A DNA stretch of 63,668 nt, counting the filler, from Octopus bimaculoides (taxonomy: Eukaryota), in assembly GCF_001194135.2 (NCBI RefSeq). It is 4 parts of 4 records of this genome, joined end to end, with 100 filler letters (N's around TTAATTAATTAA, not from the genome) between each part and the next. Parts side by side here need not be neighbours in the genome. Positions count along the whole stretch, not along the records: positions 1 to 30,856 come from NC_068992.1; 3 more parts are not named here. One strand, written 5' to 3'. Positions 1 to 12,739 of this stretch are shown here, piece by piece (position 1 is the first letter of the stretch; every line of letters begins with the position of its first letter). The notes beneath the pieces are model-generated. The model saw only the letters and a program-made list of their open reading frames with translations, did not search any database and was not told the DNA's origin. The translations under genes and the position numbers were made by a program.

Positions 1-37
1 GGTAGTGAAGTGAAAGCACGTTATAAAAATAAAACTA

Positions 38-42
<5 letters not shown>

Positions 43-125
<83 letters not shown>
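43..125. repeat. (AAT)n microsatellite
   Basis: Direct reading. Confidence 0.95.
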
Positions 126-583
126 TGGAATAACTAGGTGGGATTGGCTGATGAAAGGAAACCTAAAACAAGAGAGCGAGGGCACTATACTGGCAGCGCA
201 AGACCTAGCTTTGGCCACGAACTTAAGAATGAACAAGTGTCTCCACTGTGCCGCATCTGCAAGAGAGTGGATGAAACTATTGCCCATATCACGAACGAAT
301 GCCCTAGACTTGCCCAAAACCACTACAAGTTGTGGCTACATTGAAAACTGCGAAGAGTGGCGGCTAGAGAGAGTGGCAACACGTGGTTTGACCCAAACCG
401 CAGAGAATGGCAGAGTCGGACAGCTAGCAAAATCCTCTGAGATTTCCCAATGTAAACAGATCATGTGCTAAAGAATAACAGACCGGACCTAGTGGTGGTG
501 GAAATGTGCACCACATAACCTTTATAGATGATGTTGCATGCTCCTTTGATGCACGAAGAGTCAAGAATGAAGGCGAGAAAGTG

Positions 584-639
<56 letters not shown>

Positions 640-919
640 CACACTTCCTAAGTACCAAATAGCCCGGGTAGGGAAAATGAAGAAGGGGAATATAGTGCCA
701 ATTGTTGTTGGGTACTTGGGGACAATATAAGAAGGAATCAAGAGGAATATAAAGGAAATTGGAATAGAGTGCCAAGTAGAAGTGTAACAGAACTTTTGCT
801 TCCTTGGTACGACCAGTATAATCAGGAAACTACTAGATAGTTGAAAAGGACGAATGGCATGGTACCGTAGGCTGCATTCAAGTCTCCAGGAGCTCCAGCA
901 AAACCTGTGATAAAGAGAA

Positions 920-920
<1 letters not shown>
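126..920 (+). mobile_element. 5'-truncated R4/Dong-type non-LTR retrotransposon (zinc knuckle + restriction-like endonuclease), decayed
   Basis: KQESEGTILAAQDLALAT, CRICKRVDETIAHITNEC (CCHC knuckle), NNRPDLVV, EKVDR..Y..KYQIAR, IVPIVVGYLGTI, with stops and frameshifts. A short 3' UTR runs into (AAT)n. Confidence 0.85.
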
Positions 921-954
<34 letters not shown>

Positions 955-973
955 CAACAACAACAACAACAAT

Positions 974-1019
<46 letters not shown>

Positions 1020-1040
1020 GCAACAATAATAATAATAATA
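921..1040. repeat. Compound (AAT)n/(AAC)n microsatellite
   Basis: Direct reading; similar compound tracts at 2068-2170 and 2945-3135. Confidence 0.95.
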
Positions 1041-1438
1041 GCAAAAAATAGAAGAGTGCCATTATCAAGTGAACGATATTTCGACATCTCGAGTTTCTTC
1101 ATGAGGTTCAAAAAATAAACGTGTCAATCTACTTCATTTTGGTTAATATTTATATGATTGAGGTAACTCCTCCAGAAGATATAGAAGCAAAAAACAAAGA
1201 AGAGTGTCATAATAATGATAATCGAGTTGATTACGAAACGTTAAGAATATTGTCTACCACTACAAATTTATAATATTGTGTTATGGTGTTCTACTTTCTT
1301 GGGTTCATCTAAGCTGTCCAATTCTTCCTTCGTTTGCACGCTCTCTACCATTTTCTAGTGCGTGCATATTTCGGTTTACGTGGATATTTCGGTTGAGTTC
1401 TGTGATTCCTTTTTCACTCGTGTCTGCATCGTTAACAG

Positions 1439-1471
<33 letters not shown>

Positions 1472-1501
1472 GCACGCACACACACTCACACACACACACA
1501 T

Positions 1502-1863
1502 CGTTTTACTACTTGTTTCAGTCATTTGACTGCGGTAATGTTCGAGCACCGCTTTTAGTCGAACAAATCGACCCCGTGTCATATTCTTTGTAAGCCTAAT
1601 ACTTATTCTACCGGTCACTTTTGCCGAACCGGGGAGTAAACACGCCAACATCGGTTGTCAAGCGATGGTGAGGGGACAAACACAGATACACACACACAAA
1701 TATATACTTATATTTCAGTTTCCGTCTACCAAATCCAGTAAGAAAGCTCTTGTCGACCCGAGGTTATAGTAGAAAACACTTGCTCAAGGTGCTACGCAGT
1801 GACACTGAACCTGGAACAATGTGGTTGGGAAGCAAACTTCTTACCACACAGCTACGCCTACGC
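1502..1863 (-). mobile_element. SINE family A (tRNA-like head, internal TG/TA microsatellite, tail ending ...CAGTCAAATGACTGAAACAAGTAAAA)
   Basis: Matches many dispersed copies in this window; head has GGTTCAGTCCC (B-box-like). Confidence 0.85.
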
Positions 1864-1874
1864 CTATATAAATG

Positions 1875-1923
<49 letters not shown>

Positions 1924-2066
1924 TTGTAAATTAATTCATACAAACATACGCACACCACGAATACCATGGTGGACATGGTAGTGGGGTTGAATAAATGAAG
2001 TTCCATCCATCTATCGCAAAACTTTCTGAATTTGTACTTGTGACAGGAGCCATTCTTCTTCTCATA

Positions 2067-2142
<76 letters not shown>

Positions 2143-2169
2143 TTAATAATAATAATAAATAAATAAATA

Positions 2170-2404
2170 AATGCGCCCTTGTAAAGCTTAGCCAGGCTCA
2201 TGGACCCGGTTTCCCGGTTTCAATGGTATATGTGTTCCCCAGCTGGACGGGACGCCAGTCCATCGCAACGTTACTCATTTTTGGCAGCTGAGTGGAATGA
2301 AGTGTTTTGCTCAAGAACACAACGCGTTGCCCGGTCCAGGAATCGAAATCACAATCATACGATCATGATGCTAACACCCTAACCACTAAGCGACGCGCCT
2401 CCAC

Positions 2405-2405
<1 letters not shown>
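2170..2405 (-). mobile_element. SINE family C (tRNA-like head GGTTAGGGTGTTAGCATCATGATC...TTCGATTCCTGG)
   Basis: A/B-box-like head; related copies near 38880-39110, 39345-39500 and 54570-54760. Confidence 0.7.
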
Positions 2406-2454
<49 letters not shown>

Positions 2455-2455
<1 letters not shown>

Positions 2456-2940
2456 GGTTTCAAATTTTGCCACAAATTCAACTACCTTGGGGGAGAGGAT
2501 GAGTCGATTGCATCGGCTCCAGTATTTCACTGGTACTTAATTTAGCGATCCCGAAAAATGAAAGGCAAAGACGACAGCGGTGGAATTTGAATTCAAAACG
2601 TAGTAACAGGTGAAATACCGCTAAGCATTTCACCCAGTGTTCTATCGATTCTGCCAGTTCGCCGCCTAAATAACAATAACAAAAATAATGATGATAATAG
2701 TAATATTAATAATAATAATAATTAATATTATTGTTATTTCTACTCTAGGCACAAAGCCTTGAAAATTTTTAGGGAATGGGCCTAGTGGATTACATAATTG
2801 GTTCCTTATTTCGTCGATCCCGAAAGAATGAAAGGCAAAGTCGATCTCGACGGAATTTGAACTCAGAATGTAGCGGTAGACGAAATACTGCTAGGCATTT
2901 CGCCCGGTGTGTTAACGATTCTGCCAGCTCGCTGCCTTAG
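2455..2940 (-). mobile_element. Two tandem SINE family B copies (head AAGGCGGCGAGCTGGCAGAATCG...GAGTTCAAATTCC) separated by (AAT)n-rich tract
   Basis: Copies at about 2455-2670 and 2740-2940; tRNA-like A/B boxes; many paralogs in the window. Confidence 0.85.
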
Positions 2941-3064
2941 TTATAACAACAATAATAATAATAACAACAACAACAACAACAACAACAATAATAATAATAA
3001 TAACAATAACAACAACAACAACAACAACAATAATAATAATAATAGTAATAATAATAGTAATAAT

Positions 3065-3115
<51 letters not shown>

Positions 3116-3626
3116 AATAATAATAATAATAATATTGTGGTTACTATGATTGTTATATTTCTCAGAATCAGCAAAATGTCGGACAAGTTGTTTTGTTACA
3201 TTTGCTCTGGCTCATTACGAAATTTGAATCGCGGCAATGCTCCATCATGGCCGCATGCCAAAAGTAGCTGAACCTATTAAAAGCAGAATAAATGACTACC
3301 CCGCGTTATCCTGAACAAAATACTTTAGAAGTTTCTCAAACACCAGAGAGATACTAAGATCACTTCTATTTTGTTTTATAGGCTTAATAAGCCGAATCAA
3401 TATTTCTTGCCAACGTCTTTCCATCTGATGCTTTTAAACGATTTTGTATTTGTTTATTTATTTATTATTCATATAGCAAACAAACATCATTTTATATTAT
3501 TTTTGTTTAGAAAGTGCAATACAGCGAAAATATGTTTCTCTAATGGAATATCTTTCACAATACACAAAACATTCTTCATTTTCTCTCACTCTTCTTTCTT
3601 TCTTTATATATTTATTCCTCACTCCT

Positions 3627-3637
3627 TCTCTCTCTCT

Positions 3638-3696
<59 letters not shown>
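3627..3696. repeat. (CT)n microsatellite
   Basis: Direct reading. Confidence 0.95.
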
Positions 3697-3699
<3 letters not shown>

Positions 3700-4247
3700 C
3701 ACTTTCTCTGTCTTTCTCACTTTATCTCCTCATCAATTAAATAGAACCGAACTCGTTATTTTCTGAGAACCAAATACTAGAATTTAAATAATTGCTAAAT
3801 ATCACGTTTTATATATTTGTTTAAATAATATATCGTCATTTTTGGACAATAGATTCATTTGTTGCTGATTTTGAACAGGAAAACTTCTCGTTCAATACTT
3901 CTGAGGCGTGTGGGGTTCCAAGGGGTCACCTCTCACTTGGTGCAACTTGCTTGCAGACCATAGAATTATAGTCACTGTTAGTCCCTTGAAATCAGGTGGT
4001 TAAATAAATATACATCTCACACGTGTATCTGAAATAATTGCGTTGAATGGTTCTTCTGGATGTTCAGTGATATGGACATTCTACACTTCTGTGTAATTGA
4101 TTACTGTATGGACTGATGGGCGAGTTCTTTAGGGGGAACTTTCTGCGAGAGCCGCGCGATTCTCTGCATCCACAACGTATACTCATCACTAGTATATATA
4201 TCCGATATGGATTTCTGGTCTCGTTGATATTTGAGATATTGAGATAG

Positions 4248-4685
4248 GCATAGGAGGGGCTGTGTAGTAAGTGGCAAATATTTATGAAATAAAGTAGCTT
4301 GCTTACGAACCACATTGTTCCGGGTTCAGTCCCACTGCGGGACACCTTGAGCAAGTGTCTTCTACTATAGCCTCGCGACGACCAAAGCCTTGTGAATGGA
4401 TTTGGTAGACGGAAACTGAAAGAAGCTCGTCGTATACATGTATATATATATATGTATGTGTGTGCGTGTATATGTTTGTGTGTTTGTGTTTGTCCTCCCA
4501 ACATCGCTTGACAACCGACGCTAGTGTGTTTACCTCCCCGTAACTTAGCGGTTTGGCAAAGAGACCGATAGAATAAGTACTAGGCTTATAAAAAGAATAA
4601 TTCCTGGGGTCGATTTGCTCGACCAAAAGCGGTGCTCCAGCATGGCCACAGTCAAATGACTGAAACAAGTAAAAGAGTAAAAGAG
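4248..4685 (+). mobile_element. SINE family A, near full length, CpGs intact
   Basis: Head GGCTGTGTAGTAAGT...CCGGGTTCAGTCCCACTGCG; tail GCGGTGCTCCAGCATGGCCACAGTCAAATGACTGAAACAAGTAAAAGA. Confidence 0.9.
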
Positions 4686-5370
4686 TATGTCTCTGTATTT
4701 ATGTACATATGTGTGTATGTATGTAAGTATTGCCGCGTGTACCGTAGTGTCCGAAAGTGGCTACATGCTTCTGTTTTTGTAGGCAGTCTTTAATTTTGGG
4801 ATACTGAACTATTTTCTAGCACCCAAGATACCGAATATTTAGGATACACGCTTATCTAACCTATATAAGGTTTGTGGATCATTACTGTCCTGGATTTCAA
4901 AAGCGAATATTTAGGAGAGAAACGAGAAAGTATATAGAGGTTTATACTCCCAAACTATATACCAATGTGATAAAGAGATCGACATCTTCGGAATGCATAA
5001 GAAAATAGCGATGTAAGAAAACTAAAACCTGAGTCTATACACAACATAATTTCTGAAAAATGAAATTGTGTGTTATAAACAGCAGTTTAAATCTATGACT
5101 CATATACCAAAAAAACTGACGCATCAGATACTCATATACCTGAAATATGCATAAAGTATATATCGTTCTTGCATTTTATATGAGAGCTAAGCTTGCTGCA
5201 AAATTAATGCGTTTTTATTTAAATATATCCATACTGTCATAGACAACGCTTGGAGCCTGTCTATTTTACATATAACGTGTACTTCAGAAACTGTTCATCG
5301 CTAAATTCGAAACTATGACAGATATTGCATTCATCTGACAGATTATTCAAATGACTACGATGTAATTTAA

Positions 5371-5419
5371 TCTTCTATTTCTTTAAAACTCAAAATGTGT
5401 GTGCGCGCGCGCGCGCGTG

Positions 5420-5459
<40 letters not shown>

Positions 5460-6737
5460 CTTTTTATGTTTCCACATTTTTCATCCGATTCTGATGAAAT
5501 TTGTTTTATCAAATGGGAAATTTACCCGGGCAGGTCACTGCGGCATTACCGATGCCTAGAGATACCCACCTCTAGGAGAAACAATGATAAAACTGAAGGA
5601 CCCCCCCACACACACACACTTTTTGCAAAAAATGACAAAAGTTGGACGCGAGAAAACTTTTTACAGGAACGTCCGATTTTTATAATTTTGGTATCTAAAG
5701 GACCGTCATGTTGTGACATTTCACACAAATATTTTACCACTGCCTTGGAGCCTCTGAATCCCAAGAAAATTGCGAAAATCTTCGGTATAAATTGATTTTT
5801 CGTATTTTTGCAAAGTTACACGGTAGAAAACTTTTGACTGGAAAGTTTAATTTCCTTGGTTTTTACAGCTAAATGACCACCATGTAATGGTGGTTCTATC
5901 AAGTATCTCTTCTATGTGCAAAGGCATCCCTGAGCGATAAAAACCGCGGAAAACTGAAAAAATCGATTTTATACACTTTTTTCCCATTTAAATTCTCAAA
6001 AACTTCTCAATGCTTCGGTGGATTGCGTTCAAAATTTACACGCTATTTATTCATCCTAAGGATAATTTTAGGAGACTCCAATTTTCACTTAGTAGAAACT
6101 GAGTAGAAAACCGTTTTTTGTGCTCTTAAATCCCTCATTTTTGACCGAATTCGTCAAAATCTTATATAAACAGTCCAGATGATTCAACAATAGTTTAAAA
6201 TTATTTTTGGTTAATCTTCTTTATTAACTTGCAACAGATCTATGAAATACTGTGAAACATCACTTTTTCTCATTTTTGCAGAGTTACACCCAAGAAAGCT
6301 GTTTAAAGGTTTTACAGAAAACTGCAAAACACGGATGCTCCTCCCGCTCCAACAGTTTCATCGTTTTGCAGAGTGCTAGGTCTAGGTCAAATTCCACTCT
6401 CACTCCTTCGCGTACGAAAATGACACCAATCACCCCATAATTAGATAATATCCTCTCAACACCAATCTAACAGGATAAAAGGCCTGTGATGGCAAGACAT
6501 TGTGCGATTTGTAAACATTTCCTTCTATCACCATTAGCCAAACTTCAAGCACCATCTCCGGTGTTGTGTTGTTCAACTAATAAATGCCACTTGGGGAAAA
6601 TCACTTCTTCCTCAGTGTCAATGTTTGCAACTTAACGCAAAAAATATTCAAAAAGGTGTATAACGGGAAAATGGTAGAACCTATTAAGGTCATTACCGGG
6701 TATTTAATACCCGAGCAACGCCGGGTACTTCTGCTAG
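5371..6737 (+). mobile_element. Non-autonomous Helitron
   Basis: Begins TC after an A, ends CTAG before a T. Subterminal hairpin TACCCG-AGCAACGC-CGGGTA (6708-6727) lies just before the CTAG. No TSD and no Rep/Hel ORF. Confidence 0.75.
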
Positions 6738-6754
6738 TATATATAAGCACAACT

Positions 6755-7273
6755 GCAAATTTACGCTGTTTGATATTGTCGATAAAAACCCGTCAATATC
6801 TAGGCCTTTGCTTCTACAAGCATTAGACTTCACCAAGCCGTATGTCACTTTCGATAGTCCGGAAATAGATATTATCCTGTATGCAAGGAAATTCCTCCTT
6901 TATTACGATGATTACTTTTGGGTCAAGAAGAGTTAGGATTTTTTATTCGATGTACCGATGGGTGAATATGATGGACAGATTTGTGTGTGCTTGTAGGAAC
7001 TTATATTTTTGTATAACCTGCATCTAGAATGTCTGGCAATTGAAGGAGAATAACACTCGTACTTTCAATATCAGCTGGACAGTTGTGGAAAAAGCACCAT
7101 CATACAAACATGGAGCTTATAGAAGACCTATGAAATGTAATATTTGCCTCTCAGAAAAGCTTTTCACCTTGTCCCAGGATAAATATCCTTTGAACCAGAG
7201 ACGCGAGCTCTTAAATTCCTGCAGGCAAGCTGCGAAGCTTAAAATGTCAGCCGAAAAATTACCGTATGGGTAA
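6755..7273 (+). mobile_element. Penelope-like element (Neptune-type), internally deleted RT fused to the endonuclease C-terminus
   Basis: FDIVDKNPSISRPLLLQALDF...IILYARKFLL...WVKK...FDVPMGEYDG, then directly VWQLKENN...ISWTVVEKAPSY...CNICLSEK...LNQRRELLNSCR. Confidence 0.8.
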
Positions 7274-8178
7274 AATATTTTGACTTTCGGAAAATTTTGA
7301 CTGGCATTTGAATTAGGCTTTACACATTATATATAGTAATTTTTGTATTACAATGCTCGTACATATTTCGACTGTTTTAAAAATTTAAACTTATGTTTCG
7401 CCGAGGTTTATTTTTTACTCATTTTTCATATATTCAAATTTTATATTTTAAATTTATATATTTATTTTTATTATATTTAATTATTTTATATTAATTTATT
7501 GTGCAATTTCCTTATTTTAGTATCCTGTATACCACACAATTTTTTATAATATGTCTTTATGCGTGTATATATTATGGTGTATANNNNNNNNNNNNNNNNN
7601 NNNNNNNNNNNNNNNNNNNNNNNNNNNNNNNNNNNNNNNNNNNNNNNNNNNNNNNNNNNNNNNNNNNNNNNNNNNNNNNNNNNNNNNNNNNNNNNNNNNN
7701 NNNNNNNNNNNNNNNNNNNNNNNNNNNNNNNNNNNNNNNNNNNNNNNNNNNNNNNNNNNNNNNNNNNNNNNNNNNNNNNNNNNNNNNNNNNNNNNNNNNN
7801 NNNNNNNNNNNNNNNNNNNNNNNNNNNNNNNNNNNNNNNNNNNNNNNNNNNNNNNNNNNNNNNNNNNNNNNNNNNNNNNNNNNNNNNNNNNNNNNNNNNN
7901 NNNNNNNNNNNNNNNNNNNNNNNNNNNNNNNNNNNNNNNNNNNNNNNNNNNNNNNNNNNNNNNNNNNNNNNNNNNNNNNNNNNNNNNNNNNNNNNNNNNN
8001 NNNNNNNNNNNNNNNNNNNNNNNNNNNNNNNNNNNNNNNNNNNNNNNNNNNNNNNNNNNNNNNNNNNNNNNNNNNNNNNNNNNNNNNNNNNNNNNNNNNN
8101 NNNNNNNNNNNNNNNNNNNNNNNNNNNNNNNNNNNNNNNNNNNNNNNNNNNNNNNNNNNNATATATATATATATATAT

Positions 8179-8217
<39 letters not shown>

Positions 8218-8827
8218 TTTATTCATTTGTTTATTTGTATGCGTGTCTATATGTGTGTGTATTTGTATGTAAGCTTGTATTTATGTAGATATGCATGTCG
8301 TTCTATGTGCGCGCACTTTTATGTGCGCGTTTGCAAGCTAAATGAAGTATCTAGTATCCGTTAGATAATTTTTAGGAACGCCAACTTCCAAATCATCTTA
8401 CTCTCTATCGCTCTCTACTTTCTCTTTCTCTTTCTCTTTCTAGCTTTCTTTTCCTTTTTCTTTTATTTCTTTTTATTCTTTTCCTTTTTTTTTCTTTCTA
8501 CCACCATTTTACGATGTTTGTTCTTCGTTAAAGGGTTTTCTAAACGGATAGCTTTTAATTTATGTAAATGTGTTATCATTTTTTACCGCTAATTATTTAC
8601 CCTAGCTATTCAGGTCGTTTTTCCTTCTACATAAGCTATTTCTGATTTAAGGTTTTCTTCGATTTTTATAATAATATGATTTTAAACCGCATTTGTAATT
8701 TCATGCAACCGTTTATTGAAAATACCGTTAGTTGAAAGGACAAATGAAACAAAACCATTTCCAAATGTGTATCTATCAAAGAAATTGTATATTTATGCAT
8801 ATAACCTTATTTTGTTCCATTCTAAAC

Positions 8828-8873
8828 AAAACTGTCCGACGAACGGAAACGCGAAACTCTGAATAACAATTTT
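8828..8873 (+). ncRNA. Degenerate minimal type I hammerhead ribozyme in the PLE 3' region
   Basis: Stem I AAAACTGT/ACAATTTT; core CCGACGA (CUGANGA with one change); stem II ACG-GAAA-CGC; GAAA; stem III ACTC-T-GAAT; cleavage base A. Four substitutions from a perfect fold, so probably inactive. Confidence 0.6.
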
Positions 8874-8959
8874 TTGATATTTTTGCTGCTTTTTAATAAA
8901 GCATATTACTCTACCTCCAATATTCGAGTACTATTTTTCCAACTTGTTTCGCATGTATG

Positions 8960-9440
8960 TGCTTACTCTGGTATACAGAGCGTAGGCGCGATAGATATGC
9001 CATAATATACATCTGGAAGAACCTGGAAAAATTTATCCAAAACTTTGGCATTGTGAGTTACACTAACGATGAAACAGGGCACCACTGCATAGTGCCAAAG
9101 ATTCCAACTTTGCCATCAAAATATAGGACAAGGTATTGCAACAGCCTGGGCTTTAAAGGACCACAACTTTTCAATATCCTCCCGAAGGACTTGAGTGACC
9201 TCCATGTGTTGGATGTAGGTGTCCTCAAATTGAAACTACATCTCTTACTTTCAGGAGGCCCAGATAAACCAACTTCACAGCAAAAAGGGCAAAGGAGGGC
9301 AGCGGCGTCGAAATCCCTCAAGCACCAAATTTCGAGTTCCAAAATGAATTAGTGAAGTAAATGTTATGTAGTAACACCAAATAGCAGTGCCCCAGCATGG
9401 CCATAGCTCATCCGCTGAAACCGGTTCAATTCAATTCAAT
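8960..9440 (+). mobile_element. CR1/L2-type LINE 3' end
   Basis: ERRRDRYAIIYIWK...GPQLFNILPKDL...KLKLHLLL..GPDKP...RAAASKSL, a typical post-RT C-terminus, then a 3' UTR and (TTCAA)n tail. Confidence 0.8.
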
Positions 9441-9840
9441 ATATATATGAGTTCTAGTTCTTACACAGATAGACTCAACACTATATTAACATGTTCATAT
9501 ATCCCTCTTTTTTCCTATTTCACATTCTTGGTATGAATATCTAATCAAGTTTATCAGACACAGGCTCTCTGTAGTTTTATTGTAACACTTTTGTTAGTAT
9601 CGTTCATGATGTTTTATTAATTTTTCCCACTGAAAAGAATGGTAATACCTAATTAAATTAATTTTATTATTATTATAATTAATTTCAATTTTTCCATGTT
9701 TTCTTACATGTTAATATTACCATTCGAAACGATCGTATGGATTAAAAATGTATATAAACTTTTGAAATTTTCACTTCTCCATTTTTTAAAACTGTTAGTT
9801 GAGTTTATATAGGAATTTATTTTATAATACTCACAACACA

Positions 9841-9874
<34 letters not shown>

Positions 9875-9897
9875 NNNNNNNNNNNNNNNNNNNNNNN

Positions 9898-9967
<70 letters not shown>

Positions 9968-11099
9968 CACGGTGGTACTCCAGTATCACCGCAGCTGAAA
10001 CGAACAGAAGAATACAAGAATATATTTATATATATATAAGTTTTTATATATGTATATATGCATGTAAATATATATAAATACATATATGTGTATAGATATG
10101 TATACGTGTGTGTGAGTTTGAGTGCGTGTGTGTGAGTGTCTGTGTCTGTGTGTATGTCTGTCTGTGTCTGTCTGTCTGTGTGTGTGTGTGTCTGTGTGTC
10201 TGTACGTGTATGTGTCTGTACGTGTATACATCTGCGGTAAAGAAATCCGAACATTACAATTCAAGGAAAATGAAACGGCGATATTATTCTCTTTCATGCG
10301 AAAATGGAATAAGTTTTCGACAAGATAGTTCTTATTTCCAAGTGCTGTTTCAAGAAGTACAGATCAATACTAATCGAAAACATTAAATTCACTTCTCTAG
10401 CATTTAGTAAATGTTGTAATTGAGCAATTTATACTAATCGAATTCTGCTGAAATTATATAAACGTTCGTTTTGATTAGAAACTCTGATTATATTTAAAGA
10501 TTTACTGAAACTGTATCAATCACAAATAACAAAGTAAATTGCGTGAAGCATAACGTATCAGAGCAGCTGAAGAATGCTGTCTTTTACTTTTAGAAATAAT
10601 ATACTATTTTTTTAATTAATTCAACGTCAGTGCTGCTACACTCTGTTCTTCAACAGTCGATAAATGGTTATTTAGACTTTCATTTCCAACTTTCCTTTCC
10701 ATGATATAAGTATAAAGTCAAGTAAAGTTGAGAAAATCGTTCAAATGAAATAAACAATACTTTGAGTTTGGTTTCCAAGAGAAACTGGAATACTTTCTTT
10801 TATATATATATATATCTGTTTAGTGCGGCATTATAAATCAGTCTGGTCCCTCAGTAGACATTTCTGGTAATGTGTGTGTGTGTGTGTGTATGTTTGTATT
10901 CCGTCATTGGAGAGATATAGGTTACACAGAGGAAGAATGTTCCTAATCAATGATATTTGTTGTGGTTCGTTATATCAAGCGGGGAGGGAGGCTGTAATTA
11001 AATTCAGTTAGATCGGGGGTCTTCTTTAAGTAAATCTGATCAGAGAAAATGGTTAGGAGGCACAACACAGGAAGAAGGAGGAAAATATTGTAATGTAGC

Positions 11100-11370
11100 A
11101 CTCCATATTGAGGGGAAATGAATGCTAGCAGATCCAAAATTGTGCAGATACTGGCAGGAGGAATAAAGATACATTCTGGTGAGAGAAGTGATATATAAGA
11201 GGTTGGCATTAGCTATATATTGTTCAGTATATTGAGGGTTAATCCTTCCAGGGGGAGAATAAATGCTAGCCGTACCAAAGTTGTGTGAATAATAAGAGGA
11301 GGAATAATACACTCTGGTGAGAGATAAGATAACTACATAAGAGCATTGGAATAAATATATACTGCTCGGT
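11100..11370. repeat. Two degenerate tandem units of about 135-140 bp
   Basis: Motifs AATGCTAGC, GGAGGAATAA and CTGGTGAGAGA each recur in the same order. Confidence 0.5.
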
Positions 11371-12739
11371 ATCTACTCGTTTTTGAGCAAGGCAATAAAA
11401 TAGTCAGAACTACAACCGCTGTTTTAACAGGAATTTTGGTGGGACAATTATTTTAGCCGTAAGATCCCGACGAAAACTCTTCATATCTCTCTCTGTCTCT
11501 CTCTCTGTCTCTCTCTCATCTCTCTCTCATATATATATATATATNNNNNNNNNNNNNNNNNNNNNNNNNNNNNNNNNNNNNNNNNNNNNNNNNNNNNNNN
11601 NNNNNNNNNNNNNNNNNNNNNNNNNNNNNNNNNNNNNNNNNNNNNNNNNNNNNNNNNNNNNNNNNNNNNNNNNNNNNNNNNNNNNNNNNNNNNNNNNNNN
11701 NNNNNNNNNNNNNNNNNNNNNNNNNNNNNNNNNNNNNNNNNNNNNNNNNNNNNNNNNNNNNNNNNNNNNNNNNNNNNNNNNNNNNNNNNNNNNNNNNNNN
11801 NNNNNNNNNNNNNNNNNNNNNNNNNNNNNNNNNNNNNNNNNNNNNNNNNNNNNNNNNNNNNNNNNNNNNNNNNNNNNNNNNNNNNNNNNNNNNNNNNNNN
11901 NNNNNNNNNNNNNNNNNNNNNNNNNNNNNNNNNNNNNNNNNNNNNNNNNNNNNNNNNNNNNNNNNNNNNNNNNNNNNNNNNNNNNNNNNNNNNNNNNNNN
12001 NNNNNNNNNNNNNNNNNNNNNNNNNNNNNNNNNNNNNNNNNNNNNNNNNNNNNNNNNNNNNNNNNNNNNNNNNNNNNNNNNNNNNNNNNNNNNNNNNNNN
12101 NNNNNNNNNNNNNNNNNNNNNNNNNNNNNNNNNNNNNNNNNNNNNNNNNNNNNNNNNNNNNNNNNNNNNNNNNNNNNNNNNNNNNNNNNNNNNNNNNNNN
12201 NNNNNNNNNNNNNNNNNNNNNNNNNNNNNNNNNNNNNNNNNNNNNNNNNNNNNNNNNNNNNNNNNNNNNNNNNNNNNNNNNNNNNNNNNNNNNNNNNNNN
12301 NNNNNNNNNNNNNNNNNNNNNNNNNNNNNNNNNNNNNNNNNNNNNNNNNNNNNNNNNNNNNNNNNNNNNNNNNNNNNNNGTTTATTAGCTACTGCCAATA
12401 TGCTTCAGCCATTTTTTGACAAGGAAATAGTAATTTTATCACCGATAGAATTGTTTCAGAATCGTTTGTTTATGTAGTCGGCACTTAATGTATATCGGCT
12501 GAATGGACGTCAGTGATTGGTTGAAATTACAGAAATACGACAACTTTAACATGGAATAACTTAGGGATTTCTTTTTTTTTTAGGAAGATTAAGAGAAAAA
12601 GATGTTTTATATGACACATTCTACCAGTGTTCCAAGTTTCAAAGTGTTTCGTTAAGAAAATACTGTGGCCCCCGTTTTAAAATAGATCCAAAGTCTTTTT
12701 AAAGACATATTTGTATAGTATTCAAGCAACAGCGGCATT

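Noticed and set aside
4782-4845. AVFNFGIL resembling the PAFAH1B LNFGIGGD motif
   Set aside because: Wrong strand, lacks GGD, and stops after 19 codons.
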